64,000 nt of DNA from a virus. Its lineage: Duplodnaviria > Caudoviricetes. Every line of letters starts with the position of its first letter. Within the stretch, counting starts at the first letter, position 1. The translations under genes were made by a program, and so were the position numbers. Shown in pieces: positions 54,453 to 63,144 of this stretch. The notes beneath the pieces were generated by a model. It was not told the DNA's origin, ran no database searches, and saw nothing but the letters and a program-made list of their open reading frames with translations. The DNA lies in IMG/VR virus record IMGVR_UViG_3300037722_001090. The stretch is one strand, 5' to 3'.

Positions 54453-55091
54453 ATGCCAATAAATGAATTTCAAGAACTTGACGAACGCCTTCGCGAAGTA
54501 GAGCGTGTTACTGCTAGCATTACATCTACAATTAATAATGTTAGTACTGATATTTCTGAACTTAAAAATATGTTTAGAAGCTTTTTAGCGGAGAGTACGA
54601 AAATTGCAACTATAGAAGAAAAGATTCGTAACATAGACAGAATTGATAAGAAAGTACAAGATCTAGACTCTAAACAAACACAATTAACATCAACATTTAT
54701 CGCTATTCAAGCTGAGCACAGTATGTGTCAGCTATCTAAAGGTAGATCGGAGGATGTATTGAGAGAGCTTGGAACAAGGTTTGGATTAACAGAAACTCGT
54801 ACTCAGGCACAATTAGCGCAAATCCAGGCAGACTTAACTTCACTTAAGCAAAATACTGGTAGAGTTGATAAGATGTTTTGGAACTGGGGCAATAAGCTAG
54901 GATTCTTATTTATTACAGGAATGCTATACTTATTTCTAACTAATGCAAATGAAGTTAAAAGTGTACTTAGTGGTCAAAACCCTATAATAAAAGTTGGCGA
55001 AAAAGCAGTATTGCACTTTAATGAAGGAAATAATAATAGTGAAGAAGTGGAGCAAGAAGATGAAACTAAAACTAAAGAGCCTAGGAGATAA
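54453..55091 (+). CDS. Coiled-coil protein with C-terminal transmembrane helix (holin/antiholin-associated)
   Basis: 212 aa; long heptad repeats followed by LGFLFITGMLYLFL. Confidence 0.5.
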   Translation: MPINEFQELDERLREVERVTASITSTINNVSTDISELKNMFRSFLAESTKIATIEEKIRNIDRIDKKVQDLDSKQTQLTSTFIAIQAEHSMCQLSKGRSEDVLRELGTRFGLTETRTQAQLAQIQADLTSLKQNTGRVDKMFWNWGNKLGFLFITGMLYLFLTNANEVKSVLSGQNPIIKVGEKAVLHFNEGNNNSEEVEQEDETKTKEPRR

Positions 55092-55356
55092 TACATTTAA
55101 TTTTATTTACCTAGCAGTATCAATAGCGCTTGTTTATCTTTCATTTACATATGAAATTAACTACTTACAAATTATCTCAATTGCCTTAGTGAAGGTTGGC
55201 ATATTTACACTTACTAGTACTTGGATGATTAGGTTTCTTAATGGATTAGATTGTAATATTTATAAAGAAATATTTGAGGAACATAATACAGCAGCATCTA
55301 TATTGGTCGCGGGACTATTAATTGGACTAGCGATTGTTATTGCTGTAGCAGTTTAA
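55060..55356 (+). CDS. DUF350-like three-TM membrane protein
   Basis: ATG at 55060 after a GGAG SD gives 98 aa; C-terminal IYKEIFEEHNTAASILVAGLLIGLAIVIAVAV resembles the DUF350 signature. Confidence 0.55.
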   Translation: MKLKLKSLGDNTFNFIYLAVSIALVYLSFTYEINYLQIISIALVKVGIFTLTSTWMIRFLNGLDCNIYKEIFEEHNTAASILVAGLLIGLAIVIAVAV

Positions 55357-55366
55357 AGAGACTTGA

Positions 55367-56005
55367 ATGAAAAATCTAATTATTACAATAATGTTACTCC
55401 TGTTAACTACAGGAGTATCATTAGCCTCAGATATTGACTGTAATATCTGCCACTCTGAGAAACCATTGCAGTATAATGCCGTACACACTGCATTAACTTA
55501 TGAAGGATTAACAGAGCTGACAAATAAGAATGACGGTATTGAGATAACTAGATGGCTTAAAAATGTAGGACTAAATGGAGGATACCCATATTGTGCGGCC
55601 TTCATGTATAGTATGTATATGGAGTCTCAACAGTTTCTATCAATCAAAACAACTCTTCCGCTTAAGTCAGCACGCGTGTCTACAATATATTATCACGCAA
55701 AGAAAAATCCGTTTAAATACAAAGTTTTTACACCAAATCAAGTATTCCTAGAAATAGAAACTTTAGAAGTTGGAGATATACCAATTTGGACTAGGAGTGC
55801 TGATGATATCGAAAACTTTAACGGACATACTGGATTAATAATAGAACAGATAAGTAATGAGAAGTTTAAGTCAATTGAAGCTAATACTAGATCAGACTCT
55901 AAAGGTGATCAAGGTGAAGGCGGTGGTATTTTCATTAAAACAAGAAGCGTAAGAGATTTAAGCTTTAAGCTTAAGGGATTTATAAGATTAAGAGAGAATA
56001 AATAA
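55367..56005 (+). CDS. CHAP-family Cys-His amidase/peptidase (candidate endolysin) with Sec signal peptide
   Basis: 212 aa; signal peptide MKNLIITIMLLLLTTGVSLA; PYCAAF (catalytic Cys), GHTGLI (His), SIEANT and LKGFIR CHAP motifs. Confidence 0.75.
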   Translation: MKNLIITIMLLLLTTGVSLASDIDCNICHSEKPLQYNAVHTALTYEGLTELTNKNDGIEITRWLKNVGLNGGYPYCAAFMYSMYMESQQFLSIKTTLPLKSARVSTIYYHAKKNPFKYKVFTPNQVFLEIETLEVGDIPIWTRSADDIENFNGHTGLIIEQISNEKFKSIEANTRSDSKGDQGEGGGIFIKTRSVRDLSFKLKGFIRLRENK

Positions 56006-56006
56006 T

Positions 56007-57434
56007 ATGTTTATAAATCTTGACGGAGAAACCATTAATGCAGAAGCAATAAGATCATATGAAGCTAGTGAAAATAAAACACTAGTTAGTTTTGATAATA
56101 ATGAGCATAAGATATTTAATGTTGATATTAATTCATTTACAGCATTATTGTCTATGGATGCAAACTGGCTTATATTTATTTTATGTAACAATCAATATAT
56201 TTCATTAAATCACATTAAATCAATTAAGGATATAGACTTAAGTACTTCTATAATTGAATACACCGATGGATCTTTTAAGAAAATAGATATAAATAGTCAG
56301 CAAATTAAAGACAGTTATGTCCCTACAGCTCTCTCACCAACCAATATAATAGAAGACGCCACTCATAGATTTACAAATGATGAATCAATCATACTTGCCG
56401 AAACTGCATACGCGCATAGTCAATCTGAGCATTCACCTATAATAACTACAGTTCAGATGTCAGAATGGGATACTGGATATCAACATTCTGGAGCTACACA
56501 TGCCCCAGTCGATGCAAATAACTATACATTGCCATTAGGTGATGTTGTTGCTGGTGGAATTAAAACTGGTGGCGATATTACAATGACCAATGGTATTGCA
56601 GTTGTTAATTCTTTAGATGGAAAACTTGTATCACTTATTGGTACAGAAAACACAGTACCTATAAGAGATGAATATGGCAATCTAGAGGCTAGGTTATTTA
56701 AGTGCAATATTGGTGCATGGAATATGGCAGCATCACATTATTTTTTTGAATCTAGTGATCCTCTTGAGGCAGGATTTATAGCGAAAAAACCACTAGCAGA
56801 TGTAAGAACAGAAATAGTTACAAAAGAAGCAGTAGAAATAAGCCTTACTGGTGATATTAACTCACATAGTCACAGTAGCTACTTAGAGGCAAATAAAGCG
56901 GCAATAGAGGCTATACTTACAGGTCTAATCAATAGTCATTCACATACATATGAAAGCATACCTCCTGGAGCAGTTGAATTTTTTGCTATGAGTACTCCTC
57001 CAAGTGGATGGCTTAAATGTAATGGCGCATTATTAAGTAGAACTGTCTATGCTGATCTGTTTGCAAAAATCGGAACAGCATTTGGTGCAGGAAACGGATA
57101 TTCGACATTTAGTATACCAGATCTTAGAGGGGAATTCTTAAGAGCGCTAGATGACGGCAAAGGAGTAGATGTAGGAAGGGTTCTTGGCTCAACACAAGCA
57201 GATGCTATTAGGGATATAAGCGGACAGTTACTTGGAATTGGTGGACAGCCTCAAGGAAACCCATCTGCAAATGGAGTTTTTCTAGAAACACTACAGTATA
57301 ACGGAGGAGGCGCTGGTGGTGGTGGGCAGCTATATAATACAAGTAATTTTTCTTTTGATGCCAGTAGAGTTGTTCCAACAGCCTCAGAAAACCGACCACG
57401 AAATATTGCACTTTTGGCATGCATTAAATATTAG
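56007..57434 (+). CDS. Tail fibre protein with phage tail-collar domain
   Basis: 475 aa; IPPGAVEFFAMSTPPSGWLKCNGALLSRTVYADLFAKIG...PDLRGEFLR and terminal ENRPRNIALLACIKY; HSH repeats. Confidence 0.85.
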   Translation: MFINLDGETINAEAIRSYEASENKTLVSFDNNEHKIFNVDINSFTALLSMDANWLIFILCNNQYISLNHIKSIKDIDLSTSIIEYTDGSFKKIDINSQQIKDSYVPTALSPTNIIEDATHRFTNDESIILAETAYAHSQSEHSPIITTVQMSEWDTGYQHSGATHAPVDANNYTLPLGDVVAGGIKTGGDITMTNGIAVVNSLDGKLVSLIGTENTVPIRDEYGNLEARLFKCNIGAWNMAASHYFFESSDPLEAGFIAKKPLADVRTEIVTKEAVEISLTGDINSHSHSSYLEANKAAIEAILTGLINSHSHTYESIPPGAVEFFAMSTPPSGWLKCNGALLSRTVYADLFAKIGTAFGAGNGYSTFSIPDLRGEFLRALDDGKGVDVGRVLGSTQADAIRDISGQLLGIGGQPQGNPSANGVFLETLQYNGGGAGGGGQLYNTSNFSFDASRVVPTASENRPRNIALLACIKY

Positions 57435-57442
57435 GACTAATT

Positions 57443-58048
57443 ATGATTATCTATAACTTTGACGCAATTACATATGAATATACTAACGAAGGACTAGCAG
57501 ACCTAAATCCACTAGAGCCAGGAGAATGGCTTATTCCTGCATATGCAACAGTAGTCACTCCACCAACAGTGGATATAAATGAAATACCTATATGGAATGA
57601 CAATAGCTGGATAATTGCACCAGACTTCAGAGGACAACCTATTTGGAATAAAATAACATTGGAACAATCAGTAGTTAAAATAATAGGTCCTATTTCAAGT
57701 GAATATACATTAATTGAACCTCCTAATTATAATTCTAAATGGGACATAAATACGTGGGTTATCGATATACTGGTACAAGAAGAAAACATAAAGAAAGAAC
57801 TTATAAGTAGTGTATCTCGACATCTTGATCAGATAGCTCAATCAAGAAATTATGATAATATACTTTCACTTTGTACATATGCAACAAGTACAAACCCTAT
57901 TTTTGCACTAGAAGGACAGGCAGGTATTCAGTGGAGAGATGAGGTTTGGACATACTGCTATCAGGTGTTATATGATTGTAGTAATGGATTAAGAGCAATT
58001 CCTACATCAAGTGAATTAATAAGTGAATTACCAGTAATTTCATGGTAG
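57443..58048 (+). CDS. Tail fibre assembly chaperone
   Basis: 201 aa after the collar-domain fibre; IYNFDAITYEY...WLIPAYATVVTPP...W..APDFRGQPIW is the typical chaperone motif. Confidence 0.8.
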   Translation: MIIYNFDAITYEYTNEGLADLNPLEPGEWLIPAYATVVTPPTVDINEIPIWNDNSWIIAPDFRGQPIWNKITLEQSVVKIIGPISSEYTLIEPPNYNSKWDINTWVIDILVQEENIKKELISSVSRHLDQIAQSRNYDNILSLCTYATSTNPIFALEGQAGIQWRDEVWTYCYQVLYDCSNGLRAIPTSSELISELPVISW

Positions 58049-58067
58049 CAATATTGGAGGAATTATT

Positions 58068-58493
58068 ATGAAGCTCGCATTCTATAAATCAAAATATGGT
58101 AACTGGGCAGACAAGGGAATTGATTGGTGGACTGGTGGACACGGATATTCTCATTGCGAAATTGTCTTTTCAGACGGTATGTCTTTTTCTGCATCACAGA
58201 GAGATAACATTACTAGGTTTAAAGATATTACTTATAATGAAAAATGGGATTTAGTTGAATTAGATATTGATGAGATGACAGAAAACATCATTAGAGCAAA
58301 GGCAGAGGGGCTACAAGGCAAGAAGTATGATTGGATAGGGATAGTATTGCATCAGGGTATATTTAAGGGCTTATATCTTAACTTCATGCAATCAGATGGG
58401 AAATGGTGGTGCTCAGAGATTTGTTCTTATTTACTATGGGAAGGTAACTTCAGAGTAGACCCAAATACACTAGCAATTAGACATGGACTATAA
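58068..58493 (+). CDS. Permuted papain-like (NlpC/P60, YaeF/YiiX-type) thiol hydrolase
   Basis: 141 aa; His precedes Cys: YSHCEIVF...GKKYDW...KWWCSEIC. Confidence 0.7.
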   Translation: MKLAFYKSKYGNWADKGIDWWTGGHGYSHCEIVFSDGMSFSASQRDNITRFKDITYNEKWDLVELDIDEMTENIIRAKAEGLQGKKYDWIGIVLHQGIFKGLYLNFMQSDGKWWCSEICSYLLWEGNFRVDPNTLAIRHGL

Positions 58494-58510
58494 GTTTCCA
58501 TTAAAGAAAT

Positions 58511-58547
58511 AAAAAAGGGACAGGAGATTATTCTCCCGCCCCTTTTT
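58511..58547. terminator. Bidirectional terminator at the convergence of the + and - transcription blocks
   Basis: AAAAAAGGG-ACAGGAGA-TTAT-TCTCC-CG-CCCC-TTTTT; A-tract on the left and T-tract on the right; the o-spanin stop lies in the loop. Confidence 0.7.
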
Positions 58548-58875
58548 CTTTTTCGTCCGCAAGTAAGTTGATCTCTTGAATAGTTTGCTGGTTTAGCACA
58601 CCCCATTTAATCATCTTAACTGTATTTCTTTGTATTGCCTTAACGTCTGATTCCAAGATACCACCTACGATACCCGGTGTACTGAGAGGGTAGATAGTGA
58701 CAGATTCGAGTGGTTCTAGAGGTACGATAGGGTATACTTTGTATGTTGGTGGTACGTATATTACTTTTGGTGCTGAAGGATTAAGTTCAGAATCCGATGG
58801 CTTCTTTAGGCACCCCACTTGGGATAACGATATAAGGCTCAACAATAACACCATCCATGATAGGGATCTTAGCAT
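58528..58875 (-). CDS. Putative outer-membrane spanin (o-spanin, Rz1-like lipoprotein)
   Basis: 115 aa; hydrophobic leader ending SQVG-C22 (lipobox-like, non-canonical Q at -3); Pro-rich mature part; GGAGA SD; overlaps the 3' end of the i-spanin. Confidence 0.7.
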   Translation of the reverse strand: MLRSLSWMVLLLSLISLSQVGCLKKPSDSELNPSAPKVIYVPPTYKVYPIVPLEPLESVTIYPLSTPGIVGGILESDVKAIQRNTVKMIKWGVLNQQTIQEINLLADEKEKGAGE

Positions 58876-59215
58876 TGTTTATTTTCTCCAACATTTCATT
58901 ATATTTTTTCTGGACTATGTCTGTATTTTTTTGAAGGTTCTTATATAGTTGCATATATCTATTAAGATCCTTTTCTCTTTTTTCATTAGCATTATTTAGT
59001 AAGAAGATAGAATCATCTCTGTCTTTTATGCTAATATTTTTGTGCTGTATAGTTGCTTCAAGATTTGTAATTTGTGATTGCAGTGTATCTTTTGAATCTT
59101 TAAGTGACTGATATCGCATACCAAACCCAATAAGCGCACTTACAAGACCAGCTATTACAATACCAACTGCAATAATTTTCCAATTCCTAAGCAGGAACAG
59201 TGCTATTCCGCCCAT
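58787..59215 (-). CDS. Putative inner-membrane spanin (i-spanin, Rz-like)
   Basis: 142 aa; N-terminal TM helix (WKIIAVGIVIAGLVSALIGFG) then coiled coil; AGGAGA SD; overlaps the lipoprotein gene. Confidence 0.72.
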   Translation of the reverse strand: MGGIALFLLRNWKIIAVGIVIAGLVSALIGFGMRYQSLKDSKDTLQSQITNLEATIQHKNISIKDRDDSIFLLNNANEKREKDLNRYMQLYKNLQKNTDIVQKKYNEMLEKINNAKIPIMDGVIVEPYIVIPSGVPKEAIGF

Positions 59216-59230
59216 TATTATCTCCTAAAT

Positions 59231-59258
59231 AAGGGGAGCAGTCGCCCACTCCCCTTTT
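59231..59258. terminator. Stem-loop terminator-like element between nrdJ and the i-spanin
   Basis: AAGGGGAG ... CTCCCCTT arms; short TTATTT tail on the - strand and TTTT tail on the + strand. Confidence 0.6.
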
Positions 59259-59263
59259 ATTAT

Positions 59264-62041
59264 TTAACGCAATTCACAATTTCCACCACTACAAGCAAAT
59301 TCCTGACTACCTTTAGTAGTATCTTGATGCTCATAATTAGTTAACTCGTTAAAGTCAATTTTTGGAAATAGCTTAGCAAGCCTATCATATTCAGTGTCAT
59401 CAATTTCTTCATAAGGAGCAAGAGGGTAAGTGCCACCATCGTGAGGCAGGAAGCTTAAGCCGCCTACACTGTCCCAGTTTTGATATACCCATCCACCAAC
59501 AGTTAGCCACTCATGTTCTTTTACATAGATGGTAACACTCGGGTTATGGTCACACCAGGCATCCTTAAACATCTTCCAGTATTCTAATTGCTGAATTGCA
59601 TTGCGATCATTACGTTCAATAGATCCAGTCTTTGGTCCACTTACAGGAAAGTCAAATACCATAGTACTATAACTCTCTAAAGACTGACCAACTTCCGGGT
59701 TCCACTGTACCCCTCTGTCGACTAGAAACTGAGCAATAGGATCATCAGCAGTTACTCTAACTCTCCTAATGTAATTTTGGCTATGTCTAGGATGTAAACC
59801 TGAAGCACAGTTAACAAGCTGACTAACCGTTCCTGACGGTTTACAAAAGTTCAGCCTCAGTCGTTACTTGAGACTCGTTTTAGTCGATAATAATGTGTTT
59901 TACTAATGCCATATTTTTGTTTAGCTTCCTTAAAAGAAAGCTTAATTATCTCATCTTGAGAATAAGTATTTTGTGAGTCCCAATATTTCCTGGATACATC
60001 AGAGAATAATTTCTTATTATCATCAGTATGACTCATTCCAAGAGCAGGCTTTCTGCCTTTTCTCTTTTCCTTTAACTTATTTTTCCAAGATTCAATATTA
60101 ATAACATTAAATCCACCTTCACCACCATCGGCTAGATTAAGAATTTTATGATTAGATTTTCTTGCTAATTTAATAGCTCTAATTTCAGCATCACAACATT
60201 CATTATGTGTATCAAATTCATCTTTAAGACAAATAATAAAATTATCTAATCCATACTTTCTCATACAGTCATACAGTGCAGTTTTCTTTTTAGATCTTGC
60301 TGCACTCTTATGACTATTAAGTCTATAGGATAACTTATTCTTAGTCATTCCTATATAATATGAATCTGTTTTATCTGATACTATATAATAAAGTTTGTAC
60401 ATTCTCAACCTCACTGCCCTAGCTTTCACTAAGGATCGGACTATATCATCATCCATTTCTGGATGTCCTGAGCTTCCACATCACTCGATGCGTACTCCCA
60501 CCTACGGGATAGTCTCTGAACCTTATTTGTTAATAACCATTATAGTTCCATATGGTTTAAGTAATTAACAAATCTTGGCTGCTGATTGGCATATCTTTTT
60601 AGACTTAGCTTTCCAGCAATTCACAGGATTTTCAATTATGCATTACTGCATAATGGCGCTAAACATTAACGCAGGTTATAGCTTTAGGTCTATTGATACC
60701 GAGCGCATCTGCAAGACTATTACTAGTAAGACGCGTAACTGCTTTAATTTGAACTAACCAACTATAAGCTACTTCATCCTGATTTTGTAGTATAGGATGA
60801 TCACACGTACCAGTTAAGCTAACTCCAAGTAACCGCTCTTCTTCACAATTATCTTTCCATACTTTTCTCAAGAATCCGAAATCAGTAAGAGTAGACTGCA
60901 AGACACCAAGTGTAGTAGCATGGATAGCCTTAGCCATAAGAGATTCAAGAGTATCATCAGCACGTACAATTATCTCTGAAAGGTTACAGAACTGATTAGG
61001 TCTTAGAATAATCTCACCACATGGATTTACACCATATGAGACATTAGGATCACGACCAAGAGAAGCAGCTGTCTTTTGTAGTCCTTCACGATTAACAATT
61101 CCTCGCTCACCATTACCGGACTTCATAAGTGACATCCACTCTTCCATAAAGATAATCATATCAGGCTTCTCAGTATATGCTACTGAGTTATTAGATAATG
61201 CACGATGAGGTTGTAGAATCCAGAATTCACCATCTTTAGCGCCACGCATTCTCATATCAGAAAGATTAGAAAGACTAATACCAGCACTACGACGAACACC
61301 ACCAACCACAACACAGTTAGCAATCATGCAGCAGATATCATGACATTCAATAGATGTAAGCTTGCGCCCACTTGCTTGCTTAAAGATACGTGTTGTAAAC
61401 TTCAGTAAATCAATAAGAGGTTCAGGCCCACTAGCACGACCACCAAAAGTCTTAAGTCGTGAACCCTTCTTACGGATTTTACTTGTATCAACAGCCGGTA
61501 TAATTCCTTCATAAAGAGCTGAAATAAACTTACGATATCCTTCAGCCCAACCAAGCTTACTGTCAGCAAATACAATTGGGTTAAAAACATCAGAGTCTAA
61601 TACCCTAGACGCATCAAAAAATCCATCAGGAATTTCTGGCAACTTACTTACATTTTGACGCTCAACACTAAAGCCTGCACCAGTACCATTCATAAGAATA
61701 TACAAGATTTCACTAAAGGCACGAGGATCATCAATAGATGTAAATGCACAGTTATATCCAGCAATATGCTCTCTAGCAAGTGCAGGGCCAGCAGCCCACA
61801 ATGCACGCATAGAAGGCATAACTTCAAATTTAACTACGGCACGAGTGGCAGACATTAATTGACTACGGATATTAGTTTTTACTTCTGGGGCAAGACTCAT
61901 TTCTTCAATATGGTTAATAAAGAAGTCACTATATCTCTGTACAGACTCAGACCAATTCTCTCTGCGAGACTCTTTTTCTAGCCATCGGCTATATGTTCTT
62001 TTATAAATAAACTCTTCATACGTACTTGGGAATACTGACAT
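59264..62041 (-). CDS. nrdJ: Class II (adenosylcobalamin-dependent) ribonucleotide reductase, split by a group I intron: exon 1 62041-60669, exon 2 59843-59264 (~650 aa spliced)
   Basis: YEEFIYKRTYSRW, MPSMRALW, YNCAF, GTGAGFSVE, SGPEPL, GGVRRSAGISL, NPCGEI, QFCNLSE; the splice restores AITCV-KPSGTVSQL; C-terminal ACSGGNCE. ATG at 62041 follows a GAGGTG SD. Confidence 0.93.
59844..60668 (-). mobile_element. Self-splicing group I intron (825 nt, phage IA2-like) in nrdJ
   Basis: 5' exon ends in U and the intron ends in G. P1 GCGU/GCGC, P10 GUUUA/UAAAC, P2 ATTATGCA-GTAA-TGCATAAT. Core elements P AATTGCTGGAAA, Q AATCAGCAGCC, R GTTCAGAGACTA, S GATGATATAGTCC. P3 TCCTG/CAGGA, P8 CATCC/GGATG, P9 CCTTAG-TGAAAG-CTAGGG. 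Confidence 0.92.
59857..60402 (-). CDS. Intron-encoded GIY-YIG homing endonuclease
   Basis: ATG at 60402 after a GAGG SD (181 aa); KLYYIV...YYIGMT...RLNSH...AEIRAI...ILNLADGGEG catalytic module plus a basic NUMOD-like C-terminus; lies 3' of the intron core in the P9 region. Confidence 0.88.
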   Translation of the reverse strand: MYKLYYIVSDKTDSYYIGMTKNKLSYRLNSHKSAARSKKKTALYDCMRKYGLDNFIICLKDEFDTHNECCDAEIRAIKLARKSNHKILNLADGGEGGFNVINIESWKNKLKEKRKGRKPALGMSHTDDNKKLFSDVSRKYWDSQNTYSQDEIIKLSFKEAKQKYGISKTHYYRLKRVSSND

Positions 62042-62053
62042 TCTACACCTCAA

Positions 62054-62332
62054 TTACTCAGATACAGTACTTGTAGACACTGCAACTGGTACACTTTCAT
62101 AACAAACTTCTTCAATAATTTCAGCTAGCTCACGATCTACAATCTCAAACTGTGCCTGATCCTTCAAGAAGTCTTTATAGTCCTTAAGAGCTTTTTTAAT
62201 GCTCTGTTTATCTTTACCGTGGTTTTGTGCAAATATTTCTGTAGCTTCTTTAATTTCAGCAGCAATAGCTTTCTTTGCAACTTCTTTAGCAATTACTTCA
62301 TCTGCAAATCCAATAAATTCTTGTTTAGTCAT
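62054..62332 (-). CDS. Small helical protein, GapR/DsbA-like dsDNA-binding protein candidate
   Basis: ATG at 62332 after a CAGGAG SD (92 aa); EVIAKEVAKKAIAAEIKEATEIFAQNHGKDKQSIKKALK pattern. Confidence 0.5.
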   Translation of the reverse strand: MTKQEFIGFADEVIAKEVAKKAIAAEIKEATEIFAQNHGKDKQSIKKALKDYKDFLKDQAQFEIVDRELAEIIEEVCYESVPVAVSTSTVSE

Positions 62333-62333
62333 A

Positions 62334-62810
62334 TTATTTAACTCCTGATTCGCCAAAGCCTGTTGTTGCACGTTCTGATTCTGGCAGAACATCAACGGTT
62401 TCAAACTCAGCTGTAGAATATTTCGTAAACACAAATTGTGCAATACGATCATTAGGTTCAATTCTGAAAGATTTTTTACTCATATTAATTAGAATAACAC
62501 CGACCTCTCCACGGTATCCACTATCCACTGTACCTGGTGAATTAAGAACGGTCACTCCATGCTTTAGGCATGTTCCACTTCTTGGACGAACCTGACACTC
62601 AAACCCCAGTGGGATTGCAAAATGTAAACCAGTAGGACATAGCCAGATTTCTCCAGGCGACATAATCTTAGGTTCTTCAATATAGGCACGCACATCCATG
62701 CCTGCATCACCAGGTTTAGTATACACTGGAAGATCTGGACCAGCAAATAGCTTACCATTACGATCTGTATAAGCTCTATCTAGTACTTGTACTTTAATAT
62801 TTTCTGACAT
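62334..62810 (-). CDS. dut: Trimeric dUTPase
   Basis: ATG at 62810 after a GGAG SD; motifs GDAGMDV, VRPRSG, GTVDSGYRGEV, RIAQF and RATTGFGESG. Confidence 0.93.
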   Translation of the reverse strand: MSENIKVQVLDRAYTDRNGKLFAGPDLPVYTKPGDAGMDVRAYIEEPKIMSPGEIWLCPTGLHFAIPLGFECQVRPRSGTCLKHGVTVLNSPGTVDSGYRGEVGVILINMSKKSFRIEPNDRIAQFVFTKYSTAEFETVDVLPESERATTGFGESGVK

Positions 62811-62827
62811 ATAAACTCCATTAGGGC

Positions 62828-62855
62828 ACAAAAGGGGCCCGAAGGCCCCCTTTGT
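62828..62855 (-). terminator. Rho-independent terminator with UUCG loop
   Basis: The minus strand reads ACAAAGGGGGCC-TTCG-GGCCCC-TTTTGT; the single mismatch becomes a G-U pair only on the minus strand. Confidence 0.75.
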
Positions 62856-62876
62856 ATATTCAAATTTTGAACTGAA

Positions 62877-63143
62877 TTAAGCTTCAGTAGTCTCTACAGG
62901 TTCTTCTACTGCTGATTCTGCTGCAACTTTTTCCATAACCTCAGCAGTAATCTTAAAGATCTCCTGATTAAGGTCATCCATTTCCTTAGTAAGCTCATCA
63001 TGAGTAGTCATACCCTTGTCAAGCATTAGTTTAGTAATAGAATTTGTCTGCAGATAAATAACATATAGCTGATTTTCAAGAGCTGCTACGCGCTGTTCAA
63101 TTGTTAGTTCTGGTGCTACTGCACCTGGTACATTTTGTTCCAT
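62877..63143 (-). CDS. Small acidic coiled-coil hypothetical protein
   Basis: 88 aa with a GGAG SD; LTIEQRVAALENQL. Confidence 0.55.
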   Translation of the reverse strand: MEQNVPGAVAPELTIEQRVAALENQLYVIYLQTNSITKLMLDKGMTTHDELTKEMDDLNQEIFKITAEVMEKVAAESAVEEPVETTEA

Positions 63144-63144
63144 T

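Noticed and set aside
632-57420. Many short antisense or out-of-frame ORFs in the six-frame track (e.g. 8833-9063, 16666-17052, 23789-24163, 51769-52260)
   Set aside because: They lie entirely within long, well-supported + strand genes, lack SDs and recognisable motifs, and have the residue bias expected of shadow ORFs.
50195-57434. Diversity-generating retroelement acting on the fibre genes
   Set aside because: No reverse transcriptase and no template/variable repeat pair differing at adenines was found in the window.
59844-60668. Intein or simple frameshift/pseudogene explanation for the broken nrdJ
   Set aside because: The insert has an in-frame stop and no intein Cys/Ser...His-Asn termini, whereas the group I core and U/G splice rules fit exactly and restore the conserved motif.
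62054-62461. 135-aa ORF as called by the track
   Set aside because: Its first 43 codons overlap dut and lack an SD; the ATG at 62332 with CAGGAG is the more credible start.
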